Of a DNA stretch of 61,349 nt, positions 18,583 to 31,300 are shown one piece after another. The notes beneath the pieces were generated by a model. That model worked only from the letters and a program-made list of their open reading frames with translations, had not been told where the DNA came from and did no database searches. Within the stretch, counting starts at the first letter, position 1. Each line of letters opens with the position of its first letter. Origin of the DNA: a virus (Duplodnaviria > Caudoviricetes); IMG/VR virus record IMGVR_UViG_3300028383_000142, positions 1 through 61,349 of that record. One strand, given 5' to 3'. Made by a program: the position numbers and the translations under genes.

Positions 18583-21500
18583 TTACTGCTCTTCCCATGT
18601 CAGACTCGACAGGATAGACGACTGAAGAACTTCAATGCCGTCAGGATCGCCTACCGAGTCCAGACCATAGTATCTATCAACCGAAGAAGACGTAACAAAC
18701 AGCGTATCGGCCCGATTGGTCAGGGGGTACGACAAATAATCCTTGTTATAGTCAAAGTACGGGAGTAGATCAAACTGTTGACCACCCGATCCGACAAAAA
18801 AAGTCGTGATCTGCGTCCCCGTACCCGGAATTGGTGTACGAAGTTCGGGGCGGATAAGTATCGAAGAAAGCCTCTCGATCTCAAACGTCGAAGTGGCCGA
18901 ACTGGAGTCGATAACCGTCCCATCCGAGGTAAAGTTCTGTGCCGGGAGGAAAGAAAAGTCTGCCTCCAGTGTCACTGCCCCATTAAATGGATCCTGTGAT
19001 GTAAACGTGTAAATACCACTGTCAGTGTATGTCAAGAATCCGAATACAGGGAACAGTGTCGTTGCCGGGTCTTCGGTAAAGTACCCACGGAACCATCCGT
19101 AGATCCGATCCCCAGAACTCAGACCTGTCGGCTCGGTCGTCACAGACAGTGGCGTCGGAGTACCTGCGTCATTCAGGGACGTGTCACTCGACAGGGTAAG
19201 AGGATCAAAGTATCCACTTGTATCCTTGGACCAGTTATCAATAGCATACGACTGGAAAGTCGGGTTCTTGAGCAACTGGAGTGATGATGTGCCCTGACCG
19301 GTAACGCCAGTCGAAAGACGTGTTGGATACACCTGCACCCGATTCCGAACATCGAAGCCTTGTGAGCTAGTGATTTCGGTTTTGGTCTGGACACCAAAAT
19401 TGATGGTCGGGCGATCAACAATCACGTCGATCTGTTCTGCCGTACCGGTGATAGACGACAGCGGCTTGTTCAGGTAGATGCGGTTATTTTCAGCGTCCAC
19501 CCATGCAACCCGAACACCCGAGTCAACAGGATCGCCTGTAATGACTGTCCCTTGGATATAGAAGTCCGAAACATCCGGGTTATTCGCGTATACGCCAGTA
19601 GAATCGACGATCAGGTACGGATCTTGTGCCTGTGAATTCGACGCATTAACCAGTAGACGGTACTTGGAACCGTACACGTCAGTAGCTGTATCGGTCGAGT
19701 GTGAGTGAAGACGCACGGTACCACGGTCACCACCATCGATATAGTATGATGCACCGTACTTGGAGATATACTCAGAGAACGAACCAGACCCCGGCACACT
19801 GTTTGGTGTGCGCTCGGAGTTAAGGTACCCGTATTTCTGTTCTGACCCACCACCATACACGGTGTATGTGATCGGTAGAGTCGCATTACCAAGTGACGCG
19901 ACCTTCAACTGGTTTGATGCCCTGAGATGATGGATACGAACCCATCGGGCCTCACCATTTGACACCGGAACATACGCAAGGAACAGAGCACCCACGGCAC
20001 CGTACCATGAGAACTCGATCTTTTTCATCATGACCTTGGTGAAGTCGATGTTCCAGATCGAGTCGCGAATCAAGTTGGCATTCGGATCAGCCTCTGATTT
20101 GACATTCTGCCCCGGATACTTGACCGTGTTTTGACCTGCCGATGTGCGGACGACATCCGAGTACAGGACTTCTCGACTGGTCGAACCGTCGATAAAGTCG
20201 CCCGAGAAACGTGAGCGGGGGACACGGAACTCATACACCTTGTAGTACTCGGGATCGACATTCCATTCGATCCAGTTGGCCCACCCCGAAACATCGTGAG
20301 TTGCACCACCCAGATCTGCAGCCCGGACACCAGAATTGACGGCATCAATGTCATCCTTGATATCACTCGGATAGAAAGATGGCTGCTGGGTCGAGATTGC
20401 ACCGATCGGAATGGTCAGGTCAGTAAAAGACAACTCGCCGGTCGAGGGGTCGCGCTGCTGGAGGAATGTCCTCGACAGCGGGAACATAACATCTTCGGCA
20501 CCTGTCGTATTTGCAGTGTCCGGGAAAACAAACGGAACCGGCGTCTTGATATAGTGATTGTCACCGGAAGTGATTGTCGATGCAATCGAGATAACAGCAT
20601 CGTCATCGATCTCCGAAAGCGTCACATCAGTGCCCGAAATCGATAGTATCTTATAGATTCTTGTGTTCGTCAGTCCGATCGAGTCGGCAGTACCATCGGC
20701 CTCATAGATGACATGCTGCCCGACATTAAGATCTGCCACCGAGTCAAGCGTAATTGTATTACCTGTTGTATCAACCGACTGGAACGTATAGTACGTTTCC
20801 TCCTTGAGCATCGTCGGATCATACATTGCTGCATGGGACATGATCAGGCCGTCCCGAAGAATAACCAGATCTCCCGGCGTCTCACTTGACGGGTCGCCAG
20901 TCAGTCCATAATCATCCTGCTGACCCGATGTCGAAAACTCGATCGGATTCTCTCGAACCAAAGACTGGGTACGGCGAACAACACAAAACTGGTCGCCCTC
21001 ACCGTTACCACGTGTCTCCCAGTAGTACCCATCAAAGTTGTCGTAGATTCCGTACTTTCGGATAGCCGGATTCCGCACATACTGAACGGTAGCCGAATCA
21101 GGCGTCAGGGAAGACTTGACACCAAATGTCGCAGAAGACACTCGCCCCGGCTGATACCGAAAAAACCTCTTTGAGGTAAGAACCGCAGTCTTGTCGGCTG
21201 GAGCCTCGATCAGGGCACCCGACTCTTCAGGCACATGAGTAAGTCCATGGTCCTGCTGTCCGTTAAATCCCGTGTATGCCGGAGAGTCCTGTGGGGCAAA
21301 CCCTTCTTTTTGTTCTGGGGTTGCCGACCACTCAGTAGGGTTCACGTCATATGTGTTTACGTCGGCAAAGATGCCAAGTGCAACCTCCGAGCGAGGAACA
21401 CCGAGAAGCGACAGTGCCACCTCCGATGCGATTTTGTTCTGCTCCTCGACTGGAATGGCTGGCTGGTCAGACGCAACGACGACGGGGAGCGATTTATCTG

Positions 21501-21585
21501 CCGTCTGTTGCCCCGGAGGAACCGGTGCTGTACGCCCGACAACGACAACTGACGAGTTGTTGTTTACATTTGTGAGACTCGACAT
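18583..21585 (-). CDS. Large virion structural protein, paralogue of 14719..18564
   Basis: 1000 aa; FFRYQPGRVSSATFG, KIEFSWYGAVGA, KYGASYYIDGGD; ends LTWEEQ. Confidence 0.8.
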   Translation of the reverse strand: MSSLTNVNNNSSVVVVGRTAPVPPGQQTADKSLPVVVASDQPAIPVEEQNKIASEVALSLLGVPRSEVALGIFADVNTYDVNPTEWSATPEQKEGFAPQDSPAYTGFNGQQDHGLTHVPEESGALIEAPADKTAVLTSKRFFRYQPGRVSSATFGVKSSLTPDSATVQYVRNPAIRKYGIYDNFDGYYWETRGNGEGDQFCVVRRTQSLVRENPIEFSTSGQQDDYGLTGDPSSETPGDLVILRDGLIMSHAAMYDPTMLKEETYYTFQSVDTTGNTITLDSVADLNVGQHVIYEADGTADSIGLTNTRIYKILSISGTDVTLSEIDDDAVISIASTITSGDNHYIKTPVPFVFPDTANTTGAEDVMFPLSRTFLQQRDPSTGELSFTDLTIPIGAISTQQPSFYPSDIKDDIDAVNSGVRAADLGGATHDVSGWANWIEWNVDPEYYKVYEFRVPRSRFSGDFIDGSTSREVLYSDVVRTSAGQNTVKYPGQNVKSEADPNANLIRDSIWNIDFTKVMMKKIEFSWYGAVGALFLAYVPVSNGEARWVRIHHLRASNQLKVASLGNATLPITYTVYGGGSEQKYGYLNSERTPNSVPGSGSFSEYISKYGASYYIDGGDRGTVRLHSHSTDTATDVYGSKYRLLVNASNSQAQDPYLIVDSTGVYANNPDVSDFYIQGTVITGDPVDSGVRVAWVDAENNRIYLNKPLSSITGTAEQIDVIVDRPTINFGVQTKTEITSSQGFDVRNRVQVYPTRLSTGVTGQGTSSLQLLKNPTFQSYAIDNWSKDTSGYFDPLTLSSDTSLNDAGTPTPLSVTTEPTGLSSGDRIYGWFRGYFTEDPATTLFPVFGFLTYTDSGIYTFTSQDPFNGAVTLEADFSFLPAQNFTSDGTVIDSSSATSTFEIERLSSILIRPELRTPIPGTGTQITTFFVGSGGQQFDLLPYFDYNKDYLSYPLTNRADTLFVTSSSVDRYYGLDSVGDPDGIEVLQSSILSSLTWEEQ

Positions 21586-24500
21586 TACGTGATTCTTCCC
21601 TTGGCTATAACAAATGTGTTACGGATTCCGATATACGGTTTTTCACCGACCTGTCCTGAAGTGTCAAACACCGTGGTGCCTGACAGGGTGACCGATGAAA
21701 GGATCTTGGCCTTCAAAAAGGCCGTGGTCCCGGTTTCGTTCTTTTCAGTGACCTCAAGTTCGACCGTGTTAATATCAGGCGATACACCAACGATATTAAA
21801 TGCTTTGATTGAGTCACCGATCGCAAATATATTTAGGTCATCAGTATCCCCAAGCTGAAACTCGGCATACTGATCGGTTCCATCTTCAGTGAATTCGATC
21901 TGATCGACATACAGGCGAGGATCGGTTTCCCCTGTATATGCGTACTCGGTGCCCTTGATCCGGTACACCAGACCGATCATCTCCTCTCCTTCGACAGGAT
22001 TGGTCGCAAGCCACTGGGATTTGAGGTTCGAGTATGACGGGAGGGCATCGGCGTTCCTTGAAATAATCCGCCACTGGACATACCCGTTCTCGCGCCCGTC
22101 TGCGCCCGTGTCTCCATTCACCCCGACTTCGATGATCGGGTCACCTGCGTCATTGTCAGTAAAGTCAAAATCCGACCCTCCCTGTGACAGAGTCTCGACG
22201 TTGTCCAACTTCGTGAGCATGAGGATATCATTTGACAATTCGATCGACGTACCGGGCTGACCCGCCAGATCAGTTGATCCGAGATACGCCGGTTCATCTC
22301 CTCGCATGTACAGTACCGAAGGAGAGATATAGTCAATACCCGGATCAAGGTCGATATTCACAGAGTCATAATCCGAGTCAAGTTTATCGACCGATGGAAT
22401 AAACTCATCATCCGGACCCATGATCAGGTTTGGCGATGAAAGGAGATTGCCCGACCCATAGATCAGGAGACCTGACCCACAGTTGCGAATCGTATTCGAG
22501 ACCACTGTACCGATTCGAGTAACCGACACATCGATTGGGGACGACCAGTTTTCAAATGTGGTATCCGATACGGTCGTAAATCGTGATGACGGTGCGTACA
22601 GCGGAGAGAGTGTCGGGTCTTCGGCATACTGAAGACCACCGTCTCGGATCTGACAGGAAAAGACCCTTAGCCGATCTGAATTGATTGCATAGATTCCCGA
22701 ACCGACCGTATCCACTACCTCGATGTTCTGGTATGTGATATCTGTGCCGTTCGCCATCGACACGGCAAAGTTGGATTCCTCTTCTGACCAGAAAACCTGA
22801 TTGGTCATGTTACCATCGACAGTCAGATCCTCGAAGGTGATACGCGAGGGATTTGATTCCTGTGGCCCAATAACTACGCCCCGTAGGTTCGGGTTAATGG
22901 CATCGCCAAAGTACTCAAAGTTCCATGGGATCTGTTTGATAACTGCTCGCTTCGAGTTACCAAAAACAGCAAAGTCAGAGGGGATTTCGAGGCGCGACGT
23001 ATAGTACACTCCATTTGGCAGTACGATATTTCGGAGAGCAAGATCTCGGTTATCGTTAATTGCCTGCTGAAGCCCTTCGGTGTTATCATGGACAATTTCG
23101 ACAAAGTCATCGTCATGCCAGTTCTGTGAGTTCAACCGGACAACACGCTTGTCGTACACTCGATCAATCTGGACAGTTACCCATCCCTTGGCATTTACTT
23201 CACCAGAGTCAATCTGAGAGTTGGTCGGCGGATTAAGGGGGAAGTACACCACTCCCATATCCGAAGTGTATGCCCCACTGGTCGCACTCTTTCCTGACCA
23301 CTCGGTCGCCAGATATGTGCCCTGATCGGCATACAGGATACCCGAGTTAATCACACCAAGTTCGTTCGGACCAAGGACACCAATCAACTGAGCCTGTGAT
23401 GGATCAGGTGATTCGCCGACAGGGGCAACCTGCCGGTACACCAAAATACCATACTCGGTAGAGGACCGGGCAAGCGATAAGGAGTTGAACCGGTCGGCAT
23501 CAAACTGATCCGGCGAATTGTTTGTGATCTTGGTTGTCGGCCCAGATGCCGGGGCAATCTTTCCGTTATCAAATCGAAACTGTGCTGCCCAGTAGTAGTA
23601 ATCGTTTGTCGTTGCCGTAGGAGAAGTGTCGATAACACCGTTCTGAGTGGATGTGAGCGAGGGTGTCGGAGACGGCTCATCGATATTGTCGGATGGGTTT
23701 GTCGCCTGCATCCCAAAGACCTTGAGGTTCTGTCCCACCCGCATTGTATCGGTATTGATGACCTCGGTAACCGTACCCCGGATTGACTCTGACGGTTCAC
23801 CATTAACAATCTGACGGATTTCCTCTGATCCAGAGAACTCGGCGTCGTTATCGTTCATCGTAACATACATGTTCTGGCCGTCGATCTTATGGATCGTGCC
23901 ACGGAACTCGGTATCAACACCCTCGATAACTTCGCCGACGCCAAATTCACCGAACACATTGATCAGTCGAAGGATCGTAGTGAACTTGAGAATTGTTTTG
24001 CCTGAGTTGATAATGACTGTATCGCCATTCGCGATATCCTGATCCAAGGGATTTGACAGTGTGAGGGTCAGGCCATCAATGGCGGTAATGGTTGTACCGG
24101 CTGGAATCTGGCCACCTGTCCCAGAAATCTCGTCACCCACATAGATGTCAAACACCGAATCAACAATGATTTCGGTTGATCCGGCAAGAACAGTGTCGTT
24201 CAGTGTCGGGGTCGGTGAATCGGTAGACACTGCCTCCAGAACGTCACCGATGTTCGATACACCGTACCGCTCTTGGAGAGACTGGTCGACAACACGACCG
24301 TTTAGGAAAATGTTCTCGGTCGTGATGTTGCCACCACCGAGATTCATGTCCAGTGATCCCTGATCCCCTACATTGATGTTCCCCTCAAGGATAACATCGT
24401 TGGTATTATTCTTTCCGGCAGTGAGAACCAGATCGCCATTCTGGTTGTACAGACGAACCCCATCGTCAGCCGAAGTGGGGTATATGCCCGGAACCTGAAG

Positions 24501-24680
24501 TGGCCCGGTCATTTCGAGCGAGCCATCTCGCTCCATCTTGTCCTTGTTCAGGTTCGCGATATTGGTATCGATTTCGATATTCGTGAGCGGAAGGCCCTTG
24601 AATGTCTCGCCAGTCAGCTTGTCCTGCCGAACATTACTCTCGAAATCGAACTGTATTTGTCTGTACTTGATACTACTCAT
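21585..24680 (-). CDS. Tailspike-like protein with right-handed beta-helix (pectin-lyase-like) domain
   Basis: KGLPLTNIEIDTNIANLNKDK attachment motif; DNTEGLQQAIND..IVLPNGVY; ITFEDLTVDGN; NTIRNCGSGL. Confidence 0.7.
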   Translation of the reverse strand: MSSIKYRQIQFDFESNVRQDKLTGETFKGLPLTNIEIDTNIANLNKDKMERDGSLEMTGPLQVPGIYPTSADDGVRLYNQNGDLVLTAGKNNTNDVILEGNINVGDQGSLDMNLGGGNITTENIFLNGRVVDQSLQERYGVSNIGDVLEAVSTDSPTPTLNDTVLAGSTEIIVDSVFDIYVGDEISGTGGQIPAGTTITAIDGLTLTLSNPLDQDIANGDTVIINSGKTILKFTTILRLINVFGEFGVGEVIEGVDTEFRGTIHKIDGQNMYVTMNDNDAEFSGSEEIRQIVNGEPSESIRGTVTEVINTDTMRVGQNLKVFGMQATNPSDNIDEPSPTPSLTSTQNGVIDTSPTATTNDYYYWAAQFRFDNGKIAPASGPTTKITNNSPDQFDADRFNSLSLARSSTEYGILVYRQVAPVGESPDPSQAQLIGVLGPNELGVINSGILYADQGTYLATEWSGKSATSGAYTSDMGVVYFPLNPPTNSQIDSGEVNAKGWVTVQIDRVYDKRVVRLNSQNWHDDDFVEIVHDNTEGLQQAINDNRDLALRNIVLPNGVYYTSRLEIPSDFAVFGNSKRAVIKQIPWNFEYFGDAINPNLRGVVIGPQESNPSRITFEDLTVDGNMTNQVFWSEEESNFAVSMANGTDITYQNIEVVDTVGSGIYAINSDRLRVFSCQIRDGGLQYAEDPTLSPLYAPSSRFTTVSDTTFENWSSPIDVSVTRIGTVVSNTIRNCGSGLLIYGSGNLLSSPNLIMGPDDEFIPSVDKLDSDYDSVNIDLDPGIDYISPSVLYMRGDEPAYLGSTDLAGQPGTSIELSNDILMLTKLDNVETLSQGGSDFDFTDNDAGDPIIEVGVNGDTGADGRENGYVQWRIISRNADALPSYSNLKSQWLATNPVEGEEMIGLVYRIKGTEYAYTGETDPRLYVDQIEFTEDGTDQYAEFQLGDTDDLNIFAIGDSIKAFNIVGVSPDINTVELEVTEKNETGTTAFLKAKILSSVTLSGTTVFDTSGQVGEKPYIGIRNTFVIAKGRIT

Positions 24681-24683
24681 TGG

Positions 24684-25139
24684 TTATCCGATTTGTATTT
24701 TCCAGTTAATTACCAGATAATCCGTCGGTGCCTTGTAAAAAGGATTGATCAGGATTGTTCGACAGATCAAGGTTCGTTTTGACCCGTACAGGCCGATTTC
24801 AGATATCTGCTGATCTGATGCCACATTTTCTTCAAATGTGGCGATATACGAAGCAAAGTTGAGTTCCGTCATTTCAAATCGAACCGGCTCATCGGCAGAT
24901 TCGTCTTCCATCAACAGGTCATCAAGACTCGCCTGAGTAAGACCTGTACCAATTGCAATTGATGCAACGGTTTCACGGTCACCCCTGTCGGCCAACAGAT
25001 TCCCGGCAAAGACTTCTTTACCAGCCGTCGTAATAAGGTTCGGAACCTCTTCGTAGTGAATCAGTTCACCGTCCTGATTGTACAACTTGACTTCCGGATA
25101 ACCCCGAAGCTTCAAATTTTCAACAACAGTATCGGTCAT
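24684..25139 (-). CDS. Baseplate/tail collar-type structural protein
   Basis: NLITTAGK..IAIGTG..ISEIGLY..INWKIQI. Confidence 0.65.
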   Translation of the reverse strand: MTDTVVENLKLRGYPEVKLYNQDGELIHYEEVPNLITTAGKEVFAGNLLADRGDRETVASIAIGTGLTQASLDDLLMEDESADEPVRFEMTELNFASYIATFEENVASDQQISEIGLYGSKRTLICRTILINPFYKAPTDYLVINWKIQIG

Positions 25140-25360
25140 TATGTATCCAGTTTATCGATAATTGAACGAAGCATCCCCTTTACCTCCGAGAGTTCAGATT
25201 CCACCCGGTCAAGCCGAGCGTTGTTCTTCCGAACCTGCTCCCGCTTCATTATGTATTTATGGTAATCGTCGTCAGAGACATTCACGACAACACCGGTGTC
25301 GGGGTTTTTTCTCAGATTCGGCTGGTCTTTGACCCGATGAAAGTTGCCTACTGCACTCAT
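25139..25360 (-). CDS. Conserved small coiled-coil phage protein
   Basis: VKDQPNLRKNPDTGVVVN..Y..Y..ELSEVKGMLRSI. Confidence 0.7.
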   Translation of the reverse strand: MSAVGNFHRVKDQPNLRKNPDTGVVVNVSDDDYHKYIMKREQVRKNNARLDRVESELSEVKGMLRSIIDKLDT

Positions 25361-25393
25361 TGCTCTGCACTCTTCTTGTGTATGTTACTACTA

Positions 25394-28300
25394 CTACGCA
25401 TTCGCCACGATAACCAGATCTTTTGCAAGCGGTACGTTCGACGAACTATCCGACCGCATGACAAGTTTTACCGATGCGATATCAAAGGTCGGGATACCGT
25501 TTACCCGGATCTCCCGGTCCGTAAACCCTTCAGAGGCATTTGGTCCGACAGTACCGGCAGAAACCCATGGGATATTAGAGTATGTAGTATCGTCGGCAGA
25601 CAGCTTGGTCTTGTAGTACACATCAATTGCCGCCCCACTTGGGATAAATGCCGCAAACCGGATGTTCAGGGCCGTTGAATTGGATGCAGCCTCCGACAGA
25701 TCAACCCGCTGGGTCATGTATTTTGCTGCCGTGGTACCCGCATCAGGAGATATCTCGGCGATATAGTTATTGTAGTATGCAATAGCCACGCCACCACTCG
25801 ACGCCCCCGCCGGATTCTCGGTCACACTAAACTCTCGATCAAGTGTAACGACCGATCCATCTTCGGCGATCCGAACGATCGTGTACTGGCCGTCGTTGGA
25901 ATTGTTATCGGCATTAGACACTTCGATGATCTGACCGATCTGAAGATCCCTGAACGACGACTGGATCGACGTGTTGGTAGTCCGGATCTCGGTACCATCA
26001 AGGATAATGTTGACAGTGTCGTCATACAGTATCCCAACTCGATCAAACACCGTGCCATCGACCTGCTGCTCTTCACTCTCGGTTGGACGGTATGTCGAAC
26101 TAAAGAGAGTCGGATTCGACACCCGGTTATGGAACGTCGTAAGAGAGAGCCTTGACGTATCGAGTGCCGGGGACAGGTTTTCCCTCGAAGTGTAAAGATC
26201 GACATCCAACTCGGCAGACTTGACCTGTGCCCCTGATATCACGACCTCATTCTGGTCCGATGCAATCAGTCGAGGTGAATTAAACAGGTTGTTATCATTT
26301 TCAACAACCTCGACACCCGTCAGGTCCTTGACATATGGTGACTCGCCGCCAAAGACAGTCTGCCCCGAAACAGTCTTCATGACAAAATCTGTTCGGGTCT
26401 GGGGGAAGTTCTGAACAGGGACGATTGGCTGAACACCATCGTACTGAACATTTCGAGTTGCATGAATTCCCCGGCCACCTGCACGGGTCGATTCGGTTGC
26501 AGCAACGTCGACCTTAAAGACATATGAATCATGGGTCACATGAACAATATCATGCGCTCCATTCAGGTAGTCGGCATCAATGCCACCGTATGTCCCCGGA
26601 TCAAATCCTTCAAGGGTGACGGTCGATCCTTCCTGTGTAAAGCCATGGTTTTGGTGAAGAATACGAACATACCGAGAACCACTTCGAGTAAACAGCGGAT
26701 CTCTTGAAAGCTCGACCTTCGAGAGCCTCTGGTTATGAAAAGTGGCCGTACCACTCGGGGCAATGGATTCGTCGTTAATCGAAACACCAGAGTCCGTGCT
26801 TACTACGTTCTGGAAAGATGCCCGGTTGATTCGGAACTTGATATCCCGGTTCTGATCTGCCGTCCATGTAGATGAGTTCTGTGACTTGAAGAACGAACCC
26901 AGATACGGCTGCTCAAACACACGGGTCTGGACACCTTCCTCGGAGTAAGAGTCGACAGCACCAAGATCCGACACCCACATGTAATAGTTGTTCGAGTCGG
27001 TGTTCAGGACAAAGCAGTACTCAAAGCCCTCCTGAAGGAAGATCGGGGACTCGAACTGGAATCTGACAGGACGATCCGGAGCAAGGCCGACATCAACTTC
27101 AGAACTTTCGTTGTCGGACAGATCGACTGTCCGGTCTGACAACCCGTAGTTCTGGCCAAATACCTCGCGCTGCTGATCCCTAAGCTGGTATGGCGTAAGT
27201 GTTACCTCGCCAAATGGGAGGACGTTCTGACCCGGATACCCGTTCACCACATCACGAACCTGAAGGGTGATTGGCACTTCCGGATCTGCCGCCGCAAAGA
27301 ACATATCAATCGAAGTGATAAACACGCCCGTCGGCTCTTCGACATAGAATGTCTGGGCAACAGGGTCAAACCATGTCACGCGGGTCGTGCGCGAGCGCGT
27401 GCGCGTATCATCGACCCGAGTCTGAACAATACGGCCATTTCGGATAGAGTTGATCGTATCCTGAACGCGCCGGAGTGTCCCCTCGGCCTCATACGGCTCG
27501 CGAGCACGGGTGGTTGCGTTAAACTCATCGTTGTCCGAGTTGTCGAGCAATTTGAATTCGCGCTCACCTGTACGGAACCGAACCTGATCGTTGTTCGGGA
27601 TCTCAAACACACCGGCAGCATCGCCACCAAAGTTAGTGATCAGGGGGTCGCCTGAACTACTCGGGTTCCAGTTATTGACTGTCCCCTTGGAACCAGAGAT
27701 CGTACCTGTGATCTCATCACCCGGCTCAAAGTTACCACGGGGATTGGCCACAAGGACCGAACGCTGAACACCACCCGGCTGCACTTCCTGAAGGAGAACC
27801 ACTGCCGTGCAGGGCGATGCCTCTGGCGTCGAGAATGCCCGACCGTTTCGCTTCGACACATACACGACATCACCCTTGTTGAGATGCTCCTCGGTATCTC
27901 CACCGATCTGGCGGGCAATCTCATCGGCACTGGCACCGGCATTGGTCTCAAAGTCAAAGATCTCAGAATCCTGACCCTCGACGGCGGGACCATACTCAAG
28001 TCTTGCGCCCGGTGTCACGTACTGGGAGACATCAACCCCGTCAAAGTACGGGTATATCCGCGTACCAAGCTTGAGGCCACGGGCCAGAAATGCAACCTTT
28101 CGTGACCGGATAAACGGTATTGCAGAAGTCGAGATAACCCGATCTTCCTCTACCACCTCTCTTGAGAACGTGGCCCTCACACTGGTGCGAACACCTGTCC
28201 GACGCTCCCGAGTCGTGCGAATAGTACTACGCCGACGGCCTCTTCTCTCTGTCCGAACACCGGTCCACTGGGTCTGCCACCCATTCCATACAGTGCCAAG

Positions 28301-31300
28301 GATACCTGCACTTGCTGCATTGTCCCGAACGGCATTAAAGTTGCCCTCGACATCATTGATGATCGGCGGAACTTCCTCGGTATCAAACCACTGATCTGAG
28401 AAGGGGTTGAGTGATGCAGATCCGATGAATGTAAACACGGCGTACGGGTTCACATTTTCGACTGTCGTGGCAAACGGCTGTTCGATAAACGTACGGTTTT
28501 CGTACGGGAGAGTCAGCATATCGCCCGTGATCTGGTACCCAGAAGAAAGCCGATCGGACTGAGACGACGATGCCTCGATCAGATTGACGTTTTCCGAGTA
28601 GACAGTCGGACGGAGTTCCTGATTCTCCATGTCGATTGCTGCGCGGTAATCATTGGCCGTCGTGTCGCCAGTTGAGTGACCGGCAAAGTTGTCGACAACA
28701 AATCCATTCTTGAACCGATTGAACCGAGGATCTTCTTCGTCAGGGATCTCAAGAGAAGCTGCCTGCTGTTCAAGAAGGTTCAGGGACGTGTAGAATTCAA
28801 GGCGATCAATACGACGCTCAAGATCCCCGATATCACGCATCGTGTACCGACGATTGTCGATCTTATTGATATTAACATCGTCGGGGGAGAAGGTGTATGG
28901 CGGCACTTCAAGTTCGACGATATCCATCGTATCGGAGACCGATTCCGGGATACTTGGCTCGGTTGCCGGTGTTCCCTTTACGTCAAGGACATCGCCCTTC
29001 GAGTCGACAGCAATCTTGTCGAATCGACCTTTATAGTACTGGTACGTTGCCGTAAGTTCTTCGCCCGGTTTGGGTGGCAGTGATACCGAACCACCGGTAC
29101 CGACAAAGGTACTTCCACTGTTGTCGATGACAGGGCGGAAGTCAAGAACATTTGCCAGTGGGAGAACCCCATTTTCGGTTTCGTACACTGGGACTTCGGA
29201 TTCCCGGACAGGGTACGAATCGATCGAGAAGTAATCACCCTCATTACCATGAGAAAAGTACTCAAAGTCAATCCGAATGTACCCTGTCGGTGCCGCATAC
29301 TCCGGGCGACGGACAATGGCACCAAGGTCATAAAACGTGTCTCGCTGGCCGTTATCCAGTTCAAACCAGTCAGTAATATCGACTTCGCCAGCGGGATCGT
29401 ACTCATCACCCGAAGCCGATGCAGCCATCGAGATACGCACGATCCTAAACACGTCGGCACGAGAAAGAGAAATACGCCGATTCTGAAGTGCCTCGGCATC
29501 GATGATGTCAATCCGATCAGACTCAAGACTCTTGCTCTTGGGGCCAGAACGCTGGGGATCTTCCTTGATGACCGGGGCAAGAATCGTGTATGCCCCATTG
29601 GGAAGTCCGTTGATCTCGATTACATCAGTTGTAACCTCGCCGAGGGAAGCCGATACACCGTCCACAGGGATAATTGGATTGTCCTGCGAGGTTGTGTTCG
29701 GCTGTGTTACATGAATTTCCTGTGGTTCAACAGATGTTGAGAATCGAGTACCGATACCCGATCCACCTGCATCGGTAGCCGATGTCCGTGAAACCTGAAG
29801 AACACCGTTAGTCGAGGTGACGTTCTCAAACTTCTGAACGACCGTATACTCGACTTCGGGGAGGCCATCATCGCCCGTGACCGTGCGAATAGCCTCATAG
29901 AACATCGGGTAGATCGTAAGCTGCGTCTGCGGAGAATTGACCTGTGTTGTTACCAAACGGTACGCATCACCGTCAAAGTCAACAGCAGGCGCTGCATTTA
30001 GTGTCATCTGTGAGTCCGAATCGACAGACGCAATCCGGTGGAAGGTGCCAGATACCTCGATATAATTACCGGGTTCAAACTCCTGAGTAAAGCGTGTTCC
30101 AGACCCGATGACCGTTGCAGTTCCAGAGGTAGAAACAGACCCCTGCGAATCGACAGTCGTCACATTCACGACATCGGCATAGAAGTCCGAGTTGCGGATC
30201 TGTTTAACACAATTGGAAAAACAACTGTCCGGATTGATCTGGACATTGAACAGATACAGTCGGTACTCATCACCAAAACGCTCGAACCCACGAATTCTTG
30301 CCGACCCGATCACCTCGGAAAGTGAATCATCGTTATGAATCGAATCGACAAGTTCGACCTCTACCAGATTCTGAATATCCGGCGTACCATTCACATTCTG
30401 GATACGGACATAATTGCCAAGCGGTCCGCCAAGCGAATCGTTTCGGACAGTCTCGGATGTTCGGGCCTTCTGGATATCGACAGGAGTGGTCGAAATTTTC
30501 TCGACCTCATACCCCTTGATGTACCCTTTACCCGGCTCGACCAGAACTGACAGTTGACCCTCCTGTGTCAGGGCCTCCTGTTCGGTCTGGTCCAGATCAG
30601 CAGTCGTACCGCCATTGAACTGGGGATTTGGCTCGTACGACCACACGACATTCGATGCAAGCCCACCGTCTGGGAGATTTTCGACTGATGTGCCGATAAC
30701 ATCGCTCGGGGCATTTGGACCCGAGGTACCAGAGGTCTTGGCGACATAGTAGTTACCATTATCAGAGACAATATCTCCCTGAAGGTAAAACCGACCCTGC
30801 TGCCAGACAGACCGATTATTGGAACGCTTCTCCTTGACTTCGACCTTAAACGGGCGGACCGAGTAGTTCCCCGACTCATTGAACGTGCGACGAGCCAGTG
30901 TCTTTTCGAGTTCCGAGTAGTCCGCAACAACTGTATGCTCCTGCTCGACACCACCCTCGAACTGCATTACCTCGATATAGTTATCATCGCGGATCGGAGT
31001 CTTGACGGTCTCGCCGGTATCCGGGTCGGTCGTGAACTCAAGGTACTTGACCTCCAGTTGGGTATCGACCTTGTACCGATGAGCACCGGGAGCACCAAAG
31101 TTGTATGTCCCGTTGGCATTATCGTTGAGTGTCGGATCTTCCTCGGGCGTGACAATGTCCTCAAAGACACGGAAGCCGACCGATGCAGGTGTCTGGGTCG
31201 AGTATGCGTCGATGATCTTGGTTTCAGAGTCGACGACAACAAACTGATCGCGAATAAAGTACACACCGCGCTGAAGTTCGGCAACCGACCCAATACCCGT

